NCBI GenBank assembly: GCA_020137815.1
Contig: CM035351.1
Span: forward strand, 5,642,001 to 5,706,000
Source: Hormiphora californensis
Lineage: Eukaryota > Animalia > Ctenophora
Length of the DNA stretch: 64,000 nucleotides
Direction of reading: 5' to 3'
Of the stretch, positions 57,601 through 64,000 are shown piece after piece. The first letter of the stretch is position 1. Each line of letters begins with the position of its first letter. The notes beneath the pieces were generated by a model. The model saw only the letters and a program-made list of their open reading frames with translations, did not search any database and was not told where the DNA came from. The translations under genes and the position numbers were made by a program.

Positions 57601-58327
57601 CCGCAGGCCCCTAATGGGGTCCAGGGGTGAAGCCCCTGGTGGGGGTGTAGGGGGCGAAGCCCCCGGAAAAATTTTCGACTTTTAACCGATTTTTACTCAT
57701 TTTAGGCATTTAGAAGTCCATCTCCACCTTCTTTCTGTTTACGTAGAACCTGTATGTCTTGAAGGGAGCACCGAAAGAGCAGCGGCAGGGGGTTTGGAGG
57801 CCGCAGGCTCCCAATGGGGTCCAGGGGTAAAAATTTAGACTTTTTAACCGATTTTCACTCATTTGAGGCACTTAGAACTTGTATATATGCCTTGAAGGGG
57901 GCGAAGCCCCCGAAAAATTTAGAGTTTTAACTGATTTTCATGCATTTTTTACATTCTCCACGAAATATTTCAATAAAATTTCCATGTTTGGTAAATCCCA
58001 GGGGGGGGCCCGGCCCCCCCTGGCCCCCCCCGGTGTCGTGGGCCCTGTTTGCTGGATACAGACATGTGCTGGATAATAAGTATCGTATCGGAAACCTCTT
58101 ATTCAGGTTCTAACCAAGTTCTAACCAAGTTCTAACCTAGTTCTAACCAAGTTCTAACCAAGTTCTAACCAAGTTCTAACCAAGTTCTAACCAAGTTAAC
58201 AGTTCATGTTGAACATGTCATGTTCTCACCTAGTTCGGGTTTCCAGCCGTAGGAAGGACGCTGGAAGTGGGCCAACTAACACGTTATCAGATCTGGTAGT
58301 CGTTGTAGTTCCTGTACTGCCTGGCAT
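54647..58327 (-). CDS. TOLLIP: Toll-interacting protein (TBD-C2-CUE), multi-exon; small indels in the C2 exon
   Basis: Exon 1 VLVGPLPASFLRL (Tom1-binding), LSITIAQ|AVLNKSY...MDPYVRL...NGDKNPRWNK, EVFDEKS, WYPLSGK...GSINLIISY, CUE EDI.TIK|DMFPDVEKEVIKTVLESKRGNVEGAVADLLQL. Confidence 0.9.
57365..57470. repeat. 15-bp minisatellite abutting a TOLLIP acceptor
   Basis: GGGGGAGATTCAGTT x ~7. Confidence 0.9.
57490..58047. mobile_element. hAT-like MITE with 5-bp TSD in TOLLIP intron 1
   Basis: 15-bp TIR CAGGGCCCACGACAC/GTGTCGTGGGCCCTG; TTTGC on both sides. Confidence 0.8.
58107..58197. repeat. 11-bp minisatellite
   Basis: GTTCTAACCAA x ~8. Confidence 0.9.
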
Positions 58328-58355
58328 TACATGCTGTTTGCTATAAAGAGAGAGG

Positions 58356-58407
<52 letters not shown>

Positions 58408-58940
58408 GAGAGAGAGAGAGAGGGGGGGAGAGAGAGAGAGAAAGAGAAAGCGGGGGTGGGGGGGGGGCAAGGGGAGCAGAGAGAGGGAGGGAGAGAGGGA
58501 GAGAGGGAGAGAAAGAGGTAGAAAACGAGAAAGAGAGAGCGGGGGTGGGGGCCGGGCGGGGGCAAGGGGAGCAGAGAGAGTAATATATTTTATTCGATAT
58601 ATTGTAGAGGATTGAAAAGACTCCATTCAGGATTATACTTTTATTGAATTTTAGAGTTGATCACAAAGGGGAGAGGGGGCATCACATAAATCACGGAATT
58701 GTGGCAAAATCAACATCTCTAACGTAAAACACAATAGGGCAAGAGATGTCTTTCACTTTCTCTATCTCCGAATGGATTTTCAATTTAATATTACCCAACA
58801 ATAGCATATATATAGGGGGAGCTGTAGTTAAATAGAAAAATAATATACCAATAGAAACCAGAGAAAAAGGGAGAACCACGGGGAAGGGGGGGGGGGCATA
58901 TGTTTTAATTTAATAAATGTTAAATATATTTCGTTAGTTT

Positions 58941-59553
58941 TTAGTAAATAACAGAGTGGATCGCCCTGCCCCGATGAGCAAAATGATAGAAAGATGGCAC
59001 ATTGTTTAGACTGTCCATCGTCCGTCTGTTCATATCACTGGTGGCACTAATATCTTTGAACTCTCCAGCCACCTAGACAGGAAGTGTGTTTGTTACTTTG
59101 GCAGTTAAACAATAATCCTGTTAGATCATTGAAAAGGATACCACGCAGAACTATCCAGTCTTCTCAAATACAGTTATCCAACTAGGTATATCAGAGGACT
59201 CACCCTGGTAATTCCATAGCAGGCCATTAGAAATCCTATCACACACTGGGCGGTTATATCAACAGGCAGACCTGCGGAGATGATACATAGCGTAAATGTA
59301 GTATACAACTTTGAAAAATCTTATTTCCTACAACGACCATTCTGTCTCCCCACGAGAATTAGTATAATGGGCACTGGGTATAACAGTGTAAAAGGGATGA
59401 TGATATTGAATATTAATTAATTAATTAATAATTACCTTCGTATGGTAGCTCAGATAACCTAAGGTAGGTCCTGTGTTGTGCTGAACTGAATCCCGCATGA
59501 AGTACAATTAGAATACCAGCGCACACCAATGATCGACCTACACCCATGTACAT
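58941..59553 (-). CDS. MMGT1: ER membrane protein complex subunit 5 / membrane magnesium transporter 1 (3 exons; missed by the ORF track)
   Basis: Spliced: MYMGVGRSLVCAGILIVLHAGFSSAQHRTYLRLSELPYE|GLPVDITAQCVIGFLMACYGITR|VAGEFKDISATSDMNRRTMDSLNNVPSFYHFAHRGRAIHSVIY*, matching recalled MMGT1 motifs. Confidence 0.92.
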
Positions 59554-59746
59554 GATCTCTGCTTCGAATTAGGGAGTATGTCTCTGTTAGATATATATTT
59601 TCTGATGTATTGAATTGTATAATATGTATGGTATTATACATTGTATACGCTTCGATAAAAAACCAAAGCTTTCTGAAAGATGGTTTGTATAAAAAGTTTT
59701 GAACGGTTTAATATAATAAACATTTATTTCCCCATAAATAATACTT

Positions 59747-60397
59747 TCAGCCAACATATTCATAGACACTCTCTTCCCATGATCTTCTAACATCTCTTCT
59801 GTAAACTATTATAAACAATTAAAAGTTAACTAACAGTTAGTTAACTGGTAATTAAACAATTGAAAGTCTATACCTTTCTCATCTGTCTATTGGTTTTCTG
59901 CAAACTGGACAAATCATATTTTTCATTAGCCACTGATCAATACATTTTGTATGGAAGTTGTGTATACAGCGTAACCGCCGTATCCTACAGTCATCTACAA
60001 ACTCCTCAAGGCATATCGCACACTTGGGCGTCTGACGGGCCGAATTCGCCTCCGAGGACTTGGCAGGCATTCGCTGAGGAAAATTCACATATTATAAGTT
60101 CCTAGATATATCTAGTTTGGAGTTGAACTGTAATTGTTATATGTATTTGTCTCTTGAAATTAGGGGTTTCCTGAAGGAAACACATAACAAGGCGCCTACC
60201 TTTATAAACCGGGTCCTGGTCGTCCACTGGTCGATGTATTCCTGTTGGGCTCTCTCTGACGGGTCAGGCCACACCCCGGCCGTTGGGAACTGTGTGCCCG
60301 GTACAGCCCATTCCAGGGGTGGTAGATCCTGCTCCGTAGGGGGCTGCCATGTCGATTGGAGGTGTCGCACAAGTAGTGATGTTGAGTTTATAGAGAA
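59747..60397 (-). CDS. RING-H2 finger protein (partial model; start unresolved, indels present)
   Basis: CAICLEEFVDDCRIRRLRCIHNFHTKCIDQWLMKNMICPVCR; flanking GT-AG exons. Confidence 0.7.
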
Positions 60398-60539
60398 CTG
60401 AAGAGGGGTCCAGTGTTAGATCATGGGTGTTACCATGGTGACATTTGAGGGCCGGGTGGAGTTAGATGGGTGTTAGCGATAATTTATAGAAAATAATTTA
60501 TAGAAAATAAGGATCGGTTGATTGTTTGTTAGCCGCATA

Positions 60540-60690
60540 TCAGTGAGGAAGTTTAGTTTTCTCCTTCCGCCTTCCAGCTAGACAAAATGAGTATTGAGTA
60601 GACGGGGTTTTGTAGAAGAACGCTTCTACAATAAAACCCCGTCTACTCATTTTGTCCAGCCGGAAGGATAAAACTAAACTTCCTCACCGA
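60540..60690. mobile_element. 150-bp palindromic MITE flanked by TA
   Basis: TCAGTGAGGAAGTTTAGTTTT ... AAAACTAAACTTCCTCACCGA, with inner arms GAGTAGACGGGGTTTT/AAAACCCCGTCTACTC. Confidence 0.8.
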
Positions 60691-62098
60691 TAATGTATAT
60701 ATGTTCAAGACAGAGATTGTTTGTCACATACTATGCAATTATGACAAAGCATGCTATATTGTAGTAGCCACGTTTGCCGGCACAGTTATTGAACACAACA
60801 AAATAGTAATTTGAAGATGCATACCCTTATTCGATATTCTAATCGTAGCGGCGCTGGAAACGGCTCCATATCGTAAACCCTCTGAAGGAAGAAATGTAGA
60901 TGTAAATTTATGTGTGACAAACGCCCAAAACTGTTTACCAAAGACAATCACCCGGATGCCTTTTTCAAAGAAGCAATTGATCTACCGAACCCTGTGTACC
61001 ACAGAAAAAGGTAAGGGGCTTTAGAAGTTTGTAGCAGGTATACCTTACATAATACATTTAACATCACATTGAAAAAAGTTTGACGCAAAATGTCATATTG
61101 AGAAGAATAAGATGTTAAGATCATTTTAAAAAATAAAAGTGTCTTATGTTGTAATTCGCCCGCCATAATTCTATCTCCTTTCTTTCTTTACCGTACCCCC
61201 GTTTATTATGCTCATATAATATTATTATTATTATTATGCTCATAATATATCGCGGCTGCTTTGTGTCGCTGCAGGTCGCTGGTCGATCTCTGATAGGGTG
61301 ATAACGTTTGATAAAGTTGTTGTGTGTCTCAAGGCCTTGCAAGGACTCCGTATACAATGTTTTGGGCTAATTGTGTGTCTTTGAAATATGTTTTGTACCT
61401 TCTCTCTTTGTAATACCACTTGTTTTATGTCCAAAAATCTTTTTTGTTGCCTTTGCAGCTTGTGAAAACTTGTACAGCCGGGATATACATAATGGTTATA
61501 TGCTCTCGCACACTGGACTGTTATACGCTGTCGGGATCTTTCCTTTGCAATAAGGAAGGCTATGTACACATTATGACAAAGTCTTGATATGGTGATCACC
61601 TTGAGTCTTGGTGCATGTAGAAGCCGAAGGGCGGTGAAACACAGCATTATACAAGCATGATTGCACTATATTATATTCATATTCATATTCATAAATGAAT
61701 ATATAATGCAATAATGCTTGTATTCAATAAAATTAATATTCAGATCCCTATAAAGAAGTTTTCCTGTTCGTCGCCCGCCATAATTCTAAAATTCCCCCTT
61801 TCTTTACGAAAATATTTCAGTCGGGCACGGGGCACTGCACTTTTCGGCCAGCGGACATTGCTAGTGTCTCCTTCCCTTTAATTAAAGCTATAAACTCACC
61901 CTGTTGCTTTGTCTGTTTTCAGGGCGTTGTCGCATAGTGCACCGGGTATTTTCTGTTTCAATACAATGGAAATTGTGCCCAATAATTCGTATGCATATAC
62001 ATTGCCTTTTCAACAAATATTTTGTTCGGATTCTCAATTGAATTTGAGTACTGCTAAATCGTTGTTTTCTTTGATTTGAATAGTTTGTTCCCCAAGCC

Positions 62099-64000
62099 AT
62101 GGGTTGGAGGATAGTGTACAAAACGATCTTGATCTTCCTATTGATACTGTGGTGTCTGGGTGGGAAATGCCCAATCACAGAGAGATACGGTTTCCTGGTG
62201 CCAACTTGTGACAACACGCTACATTTTCACTGTGCAAATAGCCCTGGGGTGTCCTTTGACGTTCAGTCGTGGAGGACAACAGCACGGACATTCAAAAAAT
62301 ACTCAACCATCATATGTCCCGATGATTTACAATCATATCAAGCATGTATTGTAGGCGCTCAGTCCATGAATGCGCTGTTCCCAAACGCTCCTGTTTGTGG
62401 TGTCCTGTGTCCAACATCCCTTGATGGAACCACTACCCAACATGTCTATAAATATCAGCAGGCGTGCACGGAATCCAGAGATGATTTTATAGAGATGTCC
62501 CTCCCGGGTTCCAGTAGGCATACAGTAGCGATCTTTGACAAGGAAGCTATGTGTAATGGAAAATGCGAAGCTAAGCTAGAACCCTCCCCGATTGATTTTG
62601 ACGATGGATTTTGTCATGATGAGGTTAGCTGTAATGGTTTTAATTACGGGATAATACAAGGTGATCTAATTTATCCATTTACAACTTTACTGCCACCTGA
62701 TAATCTTAGTGCACTTGACCTTGGAACAGATGCCTGTGAGACGGATAGGGACCATCCAGTTTCCGTTATATAATGGCTCCAGGTGCTTCCCGGGATACCA
62801 TCAGCTAACATGGGCCTTCTGCAAGAATGGTTACGACCAGACTAACTGTAGCGACCCAACTTTGGTGGTAGGAAAATGCCAGGTAGGTGGTTTTATGTCC
62901 ACCATCTCCAAGTACATCATCTGCCCCCAGTCCCGGTCCCACGATATCGGGGTTTGTGATAATGGCCTGGACCGTATCTGTGAGCAGGTCAGTCCCGTTT
63001 GTAGGATTCACAGACATGGACTATGCAATCAGGTCATAGATTGCGTTGGCGGGGCAGACGAGGATGTCGCCCACTGTGGCCCACTTACGGACCGTATGTG
63101 TGAGCGAGCATTCCACCCCGGTAAAACAATAGTTATTCCGGTACGATGGGTCCAAGATGGGGTGCCCGATTGTCAAAATGGAGAGGATGAAAAGGGGCAC
63201 TGGGACAGGTGTGGAGAGGGCTCAACTTCACGAGTACGTAGAATACCTCCTGCACAGAGGTGTTTCTACTGTACACCGAAAAGGGAACTATTCACAGAAC
63301 TTGCCGATCTGTGCCAAGCCACAGAGCGATTGTGGATACAATATGTGTCCTGTGTCGCGGAGAGGTCTGACTGTTTCGTCTCTCATCTCCTTCAACGAAG
63401 CCACAGGTATACGCACAATGCCACAGTGCATGAAAGGAATCGACTCGATTCGTAATCTCGCAAGCTCAACCTGCAATTCAGTGGTCTTCCGCCATGACTT
63501 CCACAATTTTTTCGGAAAGACCCCCGAAACAGAGCTCATTGTTCCCAGTGGAAAGATGGACTGTCGTTTCTTATTCGGTGAGGCGTACCTATATTACAGT
63601 TGTATAGGTCAGTGTCTAGGTGAGGTATGGTGTCCTATAGAGAGACGGGTTGAGGTTAGCAGTTGCACCAACTTTATATCAGGTCGTCTCCATGCCCTGG
63701 CCACAGACAACTCTCATGTCACCACAGTGATGAGGATGAGAGATGGTTACCATAACAACGTCTTTGTATGTAGCAACAACCGGTGCATCCCCTTTTCCAT
63801 GGTTTGCAATCTTGATAATGATTGTGGTGATGGATCAGACGAACAGGGCTGCGAGAACAATTGGATGTGTGAAGACGGGCAGTGCATATCTCTCCATAAA
63901 CCAGTTTTGTAACTGGAAAGCAGGACTGTCAAGATTACTCTGATGAGTGCAATGATACTTGCAAGGAGGAAGTTCCTGGACACGAGGATGCTGGTTGTGG
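62099..64000 (+). CDS. Secreted/receptor protein with multiple LDL-receptor class A repeats (possibly GRL101-like GPCR ectodomain); frameshifted, runs off the window
   Basis: Signal peptide [21 protein letters not shown]; LDLa motifs [52 protein letters not shown] across three overlapping frames. Confidence 0.7.

Noticed and set aside
60700-61900. Short ORFs and a repeated GCCCGCCATAATTCTA motif
   Set aside because: No domain, TIR or TSD could be established

Overview
Eukaryotic (animal) genomic DNA with compact genes, short GT-AG introns, many microsatellites and small DNA transposons. Gene content and repeat style suggest a ctenophore (Pleurobrachia/Hormiphora-like), but that is inference only. 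Nearly all genes are on the minus strand, in four tight runs given here in transcription order. Run 1: NFRKB-like > GANP/MCM3AP > LSM14 > SOD2 > SLC25A44 > CSTPP1 > POP5 (15.4-1.5 kb). Run 2: PIKfyve > GTPBP10 > DCP2 (39.8-24.4 kb). Run 3: C2H2 gene > UBL4A (48.0-44.8 kb). Run 4: RING-H2 > MMGT1 > TOLLIP > 81-aa microprotein (60.4-53.8 kb). Stop-to-start gaps are as short as 142 and 165 nt, and almost every gene has a 3' splice acceptor just upstream of its ATG, as expected for spliced-leader-resolved polycistronic units (operons). Plus-strand genes are a Ubc12-like E2 with a catalytic Cys->Ser change and an LDLa-repeat receptor fragment. The most unusual mobile elements are tiny (83-86 bp) 8-bp-TSD elements carrying dyad-symmetric, recombination-site-like sequences in direct orientation at both ends, plus a 21-bp 'solo-site' derivative. 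Other elements: a nested double-hairpin transposon disrupting one copy of a 2.4-kb tandem duplication, a hAT element filled with a DRE-like palindromic satellite, MULE-, Kolobok- and mariner-like MITEs, and CR1 LINE fragments. Scattered single-base frameshifts in conserved genes probably reflect assembly errors.
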